Below the pieces are notes generated by a model. That model saw only the letters and a program-made list of their open reading frames with translations, was not told the DNA's origin and ran no database searches. A stretch of DNA of 64,000 bases from Chloroflexota bacterium (GTDB lineage: Bacteria; Chloroflexota; UBA11872; VXNJ01). Made by a program: the position numbers and the translations under genes. The stretch spans positions 2,676,699 through 2,740,698 of the forward strand of contig OZ242360.1 of NCBI GenBank assembly GCA_965208775.1, written 5' to 3'. Below are positions 55,618 through 64,000 of the stretch, piece after piece (position 1 is the first letter of the stretch; the number at the start of each line of letters is the position of its first letter).

Positions 55618-56039
55618 CGAGCAAAAAGGTCTATGTCTCCTATGACCATGAAGGTGACATGCTTGAGGTCCTGTGGGCGTTCCGGGAGGGATACTTCACC
55701 CCCACCGACGACCAGCGTGTGTTAAAGAGGCTTGATGACGACGGCGAGGTCATCGGGTTCCTGATTCACGAGATGAGCACTCTCAAGCAGCCCGATGCAG
55801 TCGAGTTCGAGTTGGCATCCGAGGTCCCCGCCGATGACGTCGCAAACGTGACCGTGCGAGAGGCAGCCACTCGACTGGGCATCTCGGAACGACGGGTTCG
55901 ACAGCTTGCTCAAGAAGGGCGGGTCCGGGGAGCGATGAAGACGGGAGCGGAGTGGCTAATTCCGACTCCGGTGGAGGTCAAACCTGGAAAGAGGGGCCCC
56001 GTTGGAATTGCTGGGCGCGCAGATGTCAAAGCGGAGTAG
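55614..56039 (+). CDS. DUF2283-like domain fused to an excisionase/MerR-type HTH (putative antitoxin)
   Basis: VYVSYDHEGDMLEVLWAFREGY...DDDGEVIGFLIHEMS (DUF2283 pattern). VTVREAATRLGISERRVRQLAQEGRVRGAMKTGAEWLIP (HTH_17-like). Confidence 0.6.
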   Translation: MTSKKVYVSYDHEGDMLEVLWAFREGYFTPTDDQRVLKRLDDDGEVIGFLIHEMSTLKQPDAVEFELASEVPADDVANVTVREAATRLGISERRVRQLAQEGRVRGAMKTGAEWLIPTPVEVKPGKRGPVGIAGRADVKAE

Positions 56040-56193
56040 ACGCTCGACCCCGGGAGAGCGACGCATGAGGCCAAGTACCTCGGCGAGTTGTTTCCCGCGT
56101 CGATCACGTCCGACCCGGAGGGAATGTCATTCCTTGAATTCTTCCAGACAGAAAAGGACACCGGTCAGGCAAAAGGGATCGTTGCTATAGACG

Positions 56194-56634
56194 TTGAGGT
56201 CTCAGGTGATCAAGAACGAGCGTCAATACAGGCTCACCAAAGCACAGGCCGCGCGATTTGCGAAGACTCTGAAGGGACTCGAACAAGGTCCCAGCGGAGT
56301 TGACGTAGTGCATCCCCGGATCGTGCAAGCTCAGCAGGATGCGGTCAGTAGCCAGCTGGCGGATCTCGAGCGAGAGTTGCGCGAGTCTGAAACGTCAAAG
56401 GAGGGTGGATTCACGCCTGATGAGCTAAACGTCGTAGACGAGTTGGCAACGGTTCTGATCAAGGCGCGGATCGCTCGGGGATTGACTCAGAAGGAACTGG
56501 CGGAGCGGATCGGAGTCAAGGCACAGCAGATTCAGCGCTACGAGGCGACCGACTATAAAACTGCCAGCCTTGCTCGAATGAAAGAGGTCGCGAGCGTGCT
56601 GGGAGCGAGCAACCAAGAGGCCTCGACCGGATGA
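56194..56634 (+). CDS. XRE-family HTH protein (HigA-like, with N-terminal extension)
   Basis: LIKARIARGLTQKELAERIGVKAQQIQRYEATDYKTASLARMKEVASVLG. Confidence 0.7.
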   Translation: MRSQVIKNERQYRLTKAQAARFAKTLKGLEQGPSGVDVVHPRIVQAQQDAVSSQLADLERELRESETSKEGGFTPDELNVVDELATVLIKARIARGLTQKELAERIGVKAQQIQRYEATDYKTASLARMKEVASVLGASNQEASTG

Positions 56635-56844
56635 GGCGCACCGCCCGCTTGGTCGTTGGCTCTGCAAGGTTCGTGCCAGCAGCTAAGTCAGTGCTGCGAG
56701 CAGCTGGATCGGTCCCGGTAGGAAAATGAGCTCGTCGAGCGGAGATGGAGACCGGATAGCTGCGCCGGAGGGTTGTCGGCGGCGGTATAATGGGGCAGAC
56801 GCTAGACGCAGATTTGAGCGAGGATTCGCAGAGTAGTCGGAGCG

Positions 56845-57015
56845 GCGAGAGGCCGTCCAGCTAGCGAAAAACGCGGGTCTGGGGACTAGCAACCATTACC
56901 AAACGGTACCTTTGGTAGTCAAAAGGCCTTTGTGGTGAATGGTAGTCGGGATCGGACGAGATTCGGATCGGATCGAACGCCGTTCTGCCGGCAGGGGAGG
57001 CGCACGAGCGGCGTC
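56845..57015 (+). repeat. copy B of the ~170-nt paralogous non-coding element
   Basis: See 49615..49785. It lies immediately upstream of the decayed comM remnant. Confidence 0.7.
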
Positions 57016-57149
57016 TGGACCGGGCTAGGGGAGACGCGGACAATAACCGAACAGCTCACGAGAAAGCGCTTTGCGGCGCGTGTCTCGTCGAAACCGGCCG
57101 CAAATCGACTCATGCTCAATCAAGGTCCCCGGCTCGCCCTGCGGCGCGA

Positions 57150-57925
57150 CGGGTGCGGACCGGGCGGCCGTCGGTTCGTTGTAGCCAGGACCGAAGACCT
57201 CGACGCCGAGCGGCGGCGTTTCGATGTAAAGAGCCTGTTCTAGAACCTAGAACGGTCTTGTGGCGAGCAGTCGTCGGAGGCACGGAGCGGGCATCGGGAG
57301 GCGACCGGCTGGGCTCAAACCGCGAAGAACCTAAGTGGGGAAACTGGAACTAGGAGAACCGTGCCCGGAGTTGAAGCTTGAGACGTCCCGGGCGCAAGGA
57401 CTAGGCGTCAGATGGCCAGGATTCTCAGCAGTGTGTAGCAGTAACTGGCAGCGATGCCCCTGCGGATATCTCGGGGACGCGCGCAGAGAGTGCACCTGCA
57501 CGCAGTCGCAAATCACGCGCTATCGCAGGCGGATTTCCGGTCCGCTTCTGGATCGAATCGACGTGCATGTTGAGGTGCCGCGGGTGAAGTACGAAGAGAT
57601 GGCGGGAGTTGCGACCGGGGAGCCGTCGGAGAGCATAGGACGGCGAGTCACGGAGGCGCGAGAGATCGGAGCCAAGCGGCTGACCGGGACGGGAAGACTC
57701 ATGAACGCGGAGATGAATGCGAAGGACGTGGACAGGTTCTGTGACACGGACCGGGATGCAGAGTCATTGCTGCGGCACGCACACGACCGGTTGCAGCTTT
57801 CGGGGCGTGGGTTTCACCGGGTGTTGAAGGTGTCGCGCACGATAGCGGACCTAGACGGGGCCGAGCGGATCGGAGTCTCGCATCTGGGCGAGGCTCTGCA
57901 ATATCGCGCGCGGGCTGAAGACTGA
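57150..57925 (+). pseudogene. comM: comM/yifB (Mg-chelatase-like ATPase) 3' remnant, 5'-truncated and decayed
   Basis: The tail is well conserved: CPCGYLGDARRECTC...YRRRISGPLLDRIDVHVEVPRV...GRGFHRVLKVSRTIADLDG...HLGEALQYR. Upstream homology (TSRAQG..F.AV..SN; VVGG..GD) is weak and needs a frameshift. No Walker A/Lon-like N-terminal half anywhere in the window. Confidence 0.75.
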
Positions 57926-58123
57926 CAAAAAATCCCGCAATGCCGGGCTCGATCTTGCGGGCGGATAGTCATCCTGTGTGCGCCAAGATCTGGCTTATGG
58001 AACCCCGCCTGGTCTGGGACCACATCGACGGCGGTAGGGGCGGCTCGACCGGCATCGGCTACGAGCCGGGTCTCAGGTAACTCTTCCGCTGAGTTCGTTC
58101 GGTCTCTGCAACAGATATCCGAC

Positions 58124-61100
58124 TTAGGACTCTTGGGGGCCTTCCTGACGAGATTCGAAGCTCGCATCCAAATCCAGGTAAAGCTGCAACAGTTGCTTCC
58201 GTATTTCAGGCTGGGGATCTTTCCAAAGCCCCCGCTCCATAGCTTCCAGCAACCTTTCCACCATTTCCCTTAATGCCCAAGGATTGCTTGTCCGAAGGAA
58301 CTTCTGCGTATCGGACTCGAGCACGTAGTTCTCAGTAACGTCCTGATACATCCAGTCATCGATGATTTCGGCTGTAGCGTCGTAACCGAACATATAGTCC
58401 ACCGTCGCAGCCAACTCGAACGCACCCTTGTAACCGTGGCGTTTCATCGACTGAATCCACTTCGGATTCACAACTCTGGTGCGAAATACCCTTCGGGCTT
58501 CGTGTCGGAGATCTCTGTTCGTGGCACGTGCAGGATCGGCGCTGTCGCCCATAAATTGGCGGGGCGCGCGCCCAGAAAGAGCGCGGATTGTTGCAATCAT
58601 GCCGCCGTGAAATTGCATATAGTCGTCGCTATCGAAGATGTCGTGCTCGCGAGTGTCTTGGTTCTTGGCGGCGACCGCGATTTGCTCAAATCGTTGCTGG
58701 AACTGTCTTCGTGCGGAGACGCCGTGATCCTGCCGCGTGTACGCGTATCCGCTCCAAGCGGTGTATACCTCCGCTAGATCTTTCACGCTGTCCCAATTTC
58801 GCTCGTCGAGAACCGCAAGAATGCCTGCACCGTAGGCACCAGGCTTGCTTCCGAAGATTCGATACAGACTCCGATTGCTCGCCTTGCACCTGGCGACAGT
58901 TTCCGTTTCGGCCTGACAATCCTCCGGGGGATCCTCCAGTCGCGTCAGGTCCTCCGACAGATGCTTGACAACGTAGTTGTCCTCAGGAGACTCATCCTGA
59001 GAGGCTGCTATTTCCACCGCCTCGTCAAGCAGGTTGATGAGATTGGGGAATGCGTCTCTGAAGAATCCGCTGATGCGGATGGTAACGTCGATGCGCGGAC
59101 GGCCCAGCTCGGTCAGAGGTATAACCTCCAAGCTCAGAACTCGGCCGCTCTCCGGCTGCCACACGGGGCGGACACCCAGCAAACGAAGTATCTGAGCCAC
59201 GTCGTCCCCGTGAGTGCGCATAGCCGAGGTCCCCCAGACGACCATGCCAACCATCTCTGGGTATCTGCCTTCTTCGTTTTGGAATTTCGCAAGAAGGGAC
59301 TCGGCTAGTTGAGTTCCGGTCTCCCAGGCAACTTGAGAGGGAACGGTCTTGGGGTCGAGGGAATAGAAGTTGCGACCTGTAGGCAGTACATTTGCCATGC
59401 CGCGCGTTGGCGCACCGCTAGGTCCGGGCGGAATGAAGCCCCCTTCCAATCCCCGCAGCAAATTGCGAATCTCGTCCGGCGTCCGCATCAGGGCGGGATA
59501 TACGGTCTGCGCGACGTAGTCGAGCACCGACTTCGTTTGCGCGTCGGGCGCTCCCAGGACGCTGTCAACCGCATCTGCTGATTCTCGAGGTTGAAAGCCT
59601 CGTCCAAGAGCCTCGCGGTAGAGCTGCCGACATAACTGTTCTATCCGCTCCAGGACATCTCCGTTAGTACGGACCGGCGCTTCGATGTCCATTTGCTTGA
59701 GTACGTCGGGGATCGTGCTGTTTGGGGGTGCTCCCAGATGAGCCGTCAGTTGGGAGTAGTCGAACCCCAAAGCGTCCGCTACCGAACGCCGCAGGCTCGG
59801 GACACTTCCGATATCGAGGCGCGTCAGAGCGGAGAGCATTTCAACCAACTGATCGCCGCGGGGAGACTCTCCCAGTATGTGGAGGCCATCCTTTATTGGT
59901 GAATCCTTGAGTTCACAGAGATAGTGATCGATGTCTTGCATGAATTCGTCAAAATCGTCGGGCGGATGCTCAACAGCGAGATCTCGGTGTAGTTCAGCCT
60001 GATGCAAGATCTCCCATATCTTTGTTTCCAAGACAGGGAGCTTTCGGGGGTCAAGGGTCCGACACTGGTAGTGTTCATCCAGCAGTTGCTCGAGCCTGGC
60101 GATGTCCCCGTAACTGTCGGCGCTCGTCATCGTGGGAATCAAGTGGTCCACGATCGCGGCGTGAGCACGGCGTTTCGCCTGCGTACCCTCGCCGGGATCG
60201 TTGATGATGAACGGGTAAAGGACGGGTACGTCGTCGAGAACCACGTCCGGCAAGCACGTCCGAGACAGACCGATTCCATTTCCCGGCAACCATTCGAGCG
60301 TGCCGTGTTTACCGATATGAATGATCGCGTCGGCTTGAAAGACGTCGCGAAGCCAGCGGTAGTAGGCCAGGTAGTGGTGTGTCGGCACCATGTCGGGACT
60401 GTGGTAGATCGCGCCGGGATTCTCTCCGAACCCGCGTGGCGGCTGCAGCCCGACAAAGATGCTGCCGAATTCTAAGCCGGCTATCGCCAGATTCCCGTTA
60501 CTACGGTAGACCTCCCCAGGAGGTTCGCCCCAAGCCTGAGTCAGCCTCCTCGCCACCTCCCGCGGTAAATCGGAAAACCAGCCAGTGTATTCCGAAGCGT
60601 TCACGTGGCCTGCTGCAAGGCGGAGTTGTTTGTCAGTAAGGAACTCGCGGTCACTGCTACAGCGGTCGATGATGCGGTGGATTAGGTCGTCACCGTCATG
60701 AGGAATGTTGGTAACGGTGTAGCCCTGGTCTTTGAGGGCATGGAGCACGGCGACTACCGATGCCGGCGTATCCAGTCCCACGGCGTTTCCGATGCGTCCG
60801 TCTTTCGAAGGGGAATTGCCGAGAATAATGGCAATCTTTTTCTCCGAATTCGGCTTCCTTCCGAGGTTGGCCTGCCTGATCGCCAGACGGGCCGCCGCAT
60901 CGACGCGGTCAGGCCTCGGCAGATATCGCTGCAGCCGGCCGGAGAAGGTGGAGGAATCACTCAGAGAGGACTGTTCCTTGAACGAGATTGGCACAGAGAT
61001 GAGTCGTCCATCGAACTCAGGCAAGGCGACGTTCATCGCTGTATCGATAGGTCCCAGGCCAACGGAACTGTTCAGCCAAGCTTCCTGCGTATCGACACTC

Positions 61101-61990
61101 ATGATCGCCTGGACTATTGGTATGTTCAGGTTCTCCAGATAGTCCGCGGACGAGCCTGAGGTGACGGCCCTACCGCGCGTGGTAGGTTGGCTCGCCGACA
61201 TGCCCATGGTATTGATGATGCAATGGACCCTAGGCAGGCCATCCGGGCCAACCAACTGCTGTGTGAGGGGCCGACGGGCCTCTTCGTCGCCGTCGAGTCT
61301 ATGTCTAAGGCTGAAGGCGAACATGGGAAGCACGTTGGCCCCCATGCGCTCCAAGCTGCGGATGAGGCTGTCAATCGGGGCGAGATTTCCGCTCATCCAA
61401 TGCGCTCGATAGAACAGAATGCCGACTGAAGGCCTGCCTGGTCGGAAATGCCGGCTGACGAAGGATTCCACATCAATCGATTCGCCGAAGTCGGGATGAT
61501 AGATCCCTTCCCAGGGAAGCGGAGTTGGCGCTTCGTAGCCGTGGGTAGTGCCGAAATACGTATCACTAAGACACAGGAACAAGCTTCGGAAGTTCTGAAC
61601 GCCGCCCTGCATGAGATAGGCGAATACAGTCTTCACCTCGGCCGCCGACACTGTGCAGGCAGCGGCCAGGGCCTCGTCCCACTCTTGATGTCCGGGGCAG
61701 GCAATCAGCGGTACGCCGTTGATGCGGCAATATCGAGCCAACTCGTCGAACGTTTCCGGCATGGCTCGCCGACCTCCCAGCAGCCGCAGGACGATCACTT
61801 CAGACTCGTAGGCAAGAGCCATGATCTCGCGAGCAAGGTCGTCGCCACCCCGGATTGAGTCAATCGGCAGGGACCCCGGGTTGACAGCGGTTACGCGAGG
61901 CGAGTCTTGAGACATGCCGGATAGTGCCCGCTCAGCCGTGAGGATGTCCGTATCGGCAGTGGTTATGAAGAGGATGGATTTCTGACGCAT
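58124..61990 (-). CDS. cobN: cobaltochelatase subunit CobN
   Basis: 1288 aa, colinear with CobN/Mg-chelatase H-type large subunits. Adjacent to a corrin methyltransferase and a B12 riboswitch locus. Confidence 0.9.
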   Translation of the reverse strand: MRQKSILFITTADTDILTAERALSGMSQDSPRVTAVNPGSLPIDSIRGGDDLAREIMALAYESEVIVLRLLGGRRAMPETFDELARYCRINGVPLIACPGHQEWDEALAAACTVSAAEVKTVFAYLMQGGVQNFRSLFLCLSDTYFGTTHGYEAPTPLPWEGIYHPDFGESIDVESFVSRHFRPGRPSVGILFYRAHWMSGNLAPIDSLIRSLERMGANVLPMFAFSLRHRLDGDEEARRPLTQQLVGPDGLPRVHCIINTMGMSASQPTTRGRAVTSGSSADYLENLNIPIVQAIMSVDTQEAWLNSSVGLGPIDTAMNVALPEFDGRLISVPISFKEQSSLSDSSTFSGRLQRYLPRPDRVDAAARLAIRQANLGRKPNSEKKIAIILGNSPSKDGRIGNAVGLDTPASVVAVLHALKDQGYTVTNIPHDGDDLIHRIIDRCSSDREFLTDKQLRLAAGHVNASEYTGWFSDLPREVARRLTQAWGEPPGEVYRSNGNLAIAGLEFGSIFVGLQPPRGFGENPGAIYHSPDMVPTHHYLAYYRWLRDVFQADAIIHIGKHGTLEWLPGNGIGLSRTCLPDVVLDDVPVLYPFIINDPGEGTQAKRRAHAAIVDHLIPTMTSADSYGDIARLEQLLDEHYQCRTLDPRKLPVLETKIWEILHQAELHRDLAVEHPPDDFDEFMQDIDHYLCELKDSPIKDGLHILGESPRGDQLVEMLSALTRLDIGSVPSLRRSVADALGFDYSQLTAHLGAPPNSTIPDVLKQMDIEAPVRTNGDVLERIEQLCRQLYREALGRGFQPRESADAVDSVLGAPDAQTKSVLDYVAQTVYPALMRTPDEIRNLLRGLEGGFIPPGPSGAPTRGMANVLPTGRNFYSLDPKTVPSQVAWETGTQLAESLLAKFQNEEGRYPEMVGMVVWGTSAMRTHGDDVAQILRLLGVRPVWQPESGRVLSLEVIPLTELGRPRIDVTIRISGFFRDAFPNLINLLDEAVEIAASQDESPEDNYVVKHLSEDLTRLEDPPEDCQAETETVARCKASNRSLYRIFGSKPGAYGAGILAVLDERNWDSVKDLAEVYTAWSGYAYTRQDHGVSARRQFQQRFEQIAVAAKNQDTREHDIFDSDDYMQFHGGMIATIRALSGRAPRQFMGDSADPARATNRDLRHEARRVFRTRVVNPKWIQSMKRHGYKGAFELAATVDYMFGYDATAEIIDDWMYQDVTENYVLESDTQKFLRTSNPWALREMVERLLEAMERGLWKDPQPEIRKQLLQLYLDLDASFESRQEGPQES

Positions 61991-62035
61991 TTTCAGATCT
62001 GAGGACCCCGGACAAACGTGGGGATACTGATCAAT

Positions 62036-62755
62036 CTAACAGCGGCGGAAGACCATGATAGATAAGTCGCTGAAATCCTCTTCAACCTCGCTGCAGTCCC
62101 TCAAAGAGCCAGTCCAGCATTGTTCGTCCGCCAGAGTAAGCCTCTGATAGACCGTAACCGGTACCTCATCGCGAATGCCCGAATCGAGCAGTGCGGTGGC
62201 GATGGCTGCGGGCATAAGATCGTAGGGTCGAGGCAACAAGACGATGTGCCTACGTCTCTCCTTAAGGTAGTGAGCCAGCTCTTCAACGTCGCTCGTCGTA
62301 TCGGACCTCTTGTGCAGGGTGACGAATACAGTGTCCTCCAGTGAGATTTCAGCACGAGACAACGCCACTTGAATCGAACTGACGCCGTTGATCAGCTCTA
62401 CGTTATGAGCGCGTCGACGCACCCTGGCCAACAACTCTGACGCCGATACTGTGAGGTCTCCCCAGCAGCAAACTACACAATTCCTGCCTCGCTGGGACTG
62501 CCCTTCCGCGTATTGAAGGACTTCCTCCTGATCTCGGTACGTCATGGGGCGTACTTCGGTATTGTCAAGCCACGGCCGGACGACGTTCAGGACGGTCTGG
62601 AAACCGATCACCAAGTCGGCCTTGAGCAATGCATCACGTCCTTGCAGCGTCAGCATGTCGGGGTTGCCGGGTCCCACGGCGACTACTGTTATCAGGTCGC
62701 TGCGGTTGTCGCCGAGATCAAGACTTGAGCCTGGGTTAGCCAATGTTGGTGTCAC
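62036..62755 (-). CDS. cbiE: tetrapyrrole (corrin) methyltransferase, CbiE/CobL-N-like
   Basis: VVAVGPGNPDMLTLQGRDALLKADLVIGF is the TP_methylase N-terminal signature. 239 aa. Upstream of cobN on the same strand. Confidence 0.75.
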   Translation of the reverse strand: MTPTLANPGSSLDLGDNRSDLITVVAVGPGNPDMLTLQGRDALLKADLVIGFQTVLNVVRPWLDNTEVRPMTYRDQEEVLQYAEGQSQRGRNCVVCCWGDLTVSASELLARVRRRAHNVELINGVSSIQVALSRAEISLEDTVFVTLHKRSDTTSDVEELAHYLKERRRHIVLLPRPYDLMPAAIATALLDSGIRDEVPVTVYQRLTLADEQCWTGSLRDCSEVEEDFSDLSIMVFRRC

Positions 62756-63208
62756 TCTCCAATCGATTAGTTGGGACTGCAGCTTCTCCTGAGCGTCGAG
62801 AGACTTGCGTCAATCGCCTCGCACTTCAGACAGTCCTAGCGTGCCCAATGGGACTGGATGAGGAACGAAACCATCGATGTAGAGTACTCGACTGGCAAAG
62901 GTAGTCCGACTGGTTCATTCGGATGCTGGAACCGTGGATTACGCCCTCTCGGTTGTCGATCGAGGACTCCCGGCGACAGTAATCGGAACAATCCCGGTGA
63001 AGCGTGATTTCGACAATATCAATTCTGGTACCACCAGCCTGGACACTACCAACTAGCCCGGCTCGTGACACTCTAACGACCTCGACGGCTGGCTGGAGTT
63101 ATTGGGGCAGACTGATCGGTCCGGCGCGTATTGGATTGTCAATGGGTCTGTGATCTTGACAGGCGCTCAACCCACTGTTAGGTTCCGTCGACCATTTTTA
63201 GGCAAGCC

Positions 63209-63370
63209 AGCCCGGTGCGCTCGATAAGCGTGCGCGAATTTGGGAAAGCGGTGAGAATCCGCTGCGGAGGCGCCACTGTAACCGGTTAGCCGCCCGCTAA
63301 TGCCACTGTCCTTGATGGATGGGAAGGCGCGGGAATGGCCATGATCCGGAAGCCAGGAGACCTGCCGGGC
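63209..63370 (+). promoter_or_regulatory. cobalamin (B12) riboswitch aptamer
   Basis: TGGGAAAGCGGTGAGAATCCGCTGCGGAGGCGCCACTGTAACCGG core. B12 box GAAGCCAGGAGACCTGCC at 63348-63366. Closing helix GCCCGG (63209)/CCGGGC (63365-63370). Confidence 0.85.
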
Positions 63371-63454
63371 TGGACTGAGCGGTCGCTCCTCGTCCAGGGA
63401 GTGCTCAGGTTCCAGAGGTTGCCTGTCGAGGGCGACTGACGGATCATCGGAGTG

Positions 63455-63490
63455 ATCCCTGCTGTACGAAAGCGGCAGGGATTTTTCTGT
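63455..63490 (+). terminator. intrinsic terminator (riboswitch expression platform)
   Basis: ATCCCTGCTG-tacgaaag-CGGCAGGGAT followed by TTTTTCTGTT. Confidence 0.7.
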
Positions 63491-63558
63491 TGAACAGAGT
63501 AAATTCCGGGGCACCGGACCTGTGCTCCGATGAAAACAGGCCTGGAACCGGCGAACCG

Positions 63559-64000
63559 ATGGCACACCTGTATGGCGGTGCCGCAAGCGATGCCGGGACG
63601 CCGTGGATATCCCCTGTCCTACTGAGACTAATCGGCGGTGCAGTGCCTTTGGCGACTGCCGGTTTTGCCTTAGTTGTAATTGCAGCCGCGGTTGGGCCCT
63701 ACTCCATTCCTACGTCGCAGACGTTCGATATCGTGCTGGAGCAGGTAGGACTAGGGCAGTCTTCAGCCTCTGAAACAGAAGTGGCGATTGTCGCGACAGT
63801 CAGGCTGCCGCGCATCGCTCTAGCGCTTGTAGTCGGAGCGGCCCTCGGTGTGGCTGGGGCAGTGATGCAGGGGCTGTTCAGGAATCCGATGGCGGATCCC
63901 GGCATCATCGGCGTGTCTACTGGAGGGGCGTTAGGCGCCGTAATCGCGATCGCTCTAGGAGCGCAGGCGCTCTTTTCCCTGGCGTTACCCGCCATGTCCT
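63559..64000 (+). CDS. BtuC/FecCD-family ABC permease (5' partial, runs off the window)
   Basis: My own translation from the ATG at 63559: [60 protein letters not shown]...[54 protein letters not shown]. This is the classic FecCD N-terminal pattern. It is not in the ORF track because it has no stop in the window. Confidence 0.85.
   Translation, partial: MAHLYGGAASDAGTPWISPVLLRLIGGAVPLATAGFALVVIAAAVGPYSIPTSQTFDIVLEQVGLGQSSASETEVAIVATVRLPRIALALVVGAALGVAGAVMQGLFRNPMADPGIIGVSTGGALGAVIAIALGAQALFSLALPAMS

Noticed and set aside
49615-57015. The ~170-nt repeated element as a tRNA, tmRNA, SRP RNA, TPP/ykkC-type riboswitch or hammerhead ribozyme.
   Set aside because: I compared it by eye with the consensus cores: GGTTCGAATCC T-arm, tmRNA ends, GUCAGGUCCGGAAGGAAGCAGC, CUGAGA...ACCUGAUCUGGAUAAUGCCAGCG and CUGAUGA...GAAA. 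Only short partial resemblances appear, and two SRP or tmRNA copies would be implausible. The CUGAUUAUGAG/CGAAAG pair near 49800 occurs only after copy A and is too close together.
1-57100. The 5' half of comM, an integrase, or Tn7-like tns genes that would define the island's mobilisation machinery.
   Set aside because: No ORF shows the ComM Lon-like/Walker A region, a tyrosine-recombinase R..H..R..Y pattern, or TnsABC-like motifs. Only a serine-recombinase fragment at 4.4 kb is present, so the island's left boundary cannot be defined here.
62760-63170. A second cobalamin riboswitch on the minus strand controlling cbiE-cobN, and the 81-aa ORF 62826..63071.
   Set aside because: There is no reverse-complement B12 box (GGCAGGTCTCCTGGCT-like) or CAGTGGC core in this interval. 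The minus ORF and an overlapping plus-frame peptide (VHSDAGTVDYALSVVDRGLPATVIG...) both lack a start, an RBS and motif support.
63167-63586. 139-aa minus-strand ORF upstream of the permease gene.
   Set aside because: It overlaps the cobalamin riboswitch and its terminator on the plus strand. The composition is poor and no motif is present.
1-64000. Retron/DRT-type reverse transcriptases, cyclic-nucleotide (CBASS/Pycsar) cyclases, SIR2/ThsA partners for the TIR genes, and rRNA or tRNA genes.
   Set aside because: No YxDD reverse-transcriptase motif, no GS...D.D nucleotidyltransferase cyclase motif, no SIR2 signature and no tRNA-like T-arm sequences were seen in any frame or strand that I inspected.

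Overview
High-GC bacterial window, possibly Chloroflexota or Actinomycetota (taxon not verifiable). All homology calls are from reading the supplied translations and raw sequence by eye; nothing was searched or computed. ORF-track coordinates include the stop codon.

Three parts:

(1) 1-14.4 kb looks chromosomal. It holds a small RHH protein, an alpha/beta hydrolase, a Thr/Pro-repeat lipoprotein, two giant secreted multi-repeat proteins that share a near-identical internal module, and a one-polypeptide GAF/PAS histidine kinase + receiver + OmpR-type DNA-binding protein.

(2) About 15-57 kb is a mosaic accessory/defence-type island that looks visibly lower in G+C in places and is littered with mobile-element debris:
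- Debris: a serine-recombinase fragment just outside it at 4.4 kb, IS21 IstB and IstA remnants, two different decayed IS1595 transposases, and an IS3 remnant.
- Cargo: an ABC-like AAA ATPase tightly coupled to a PIN-like protein; an FRG-TPR protein; a 2-repeat type I-E-like mini-CRISPR with no cas genes; two TIR-domain proteins; an HNH endonuclease; a frameshifted DUF45 metallopeptidase-like gene; three paralogous HTH modules; a translationally coupled three-gene operon of unknown function; two PD-(D/E)xK-like proteins; a ParB-methyltransferase operon with two unknown partners; RES-Xre and RelE-fold/DUF2283 toxin-antitoxin pairs; and two paralogous ~170-nt non-coding elements bracketing a 7-kb module.

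(3) 57-64 kb returns to core genes: a 5'-truncated, decayed comM/yifB remnant at the island edge, then cobN, a cbiE-like methyltransferase, and a cobalamin riboswitch with terminator controlling a BtuC/FecCD permease.

The candidates I rank highest for novelty:
- the ParB-MTase/Zn-ribbon/569-aa operon;
- the thrice-repeated HTH cassettes around the TIR effectors;
- the ATPase-PIN pair;
- the 37.2-38.5 kb three-gene operon;
- the paired ~170-nt non-coding elements.
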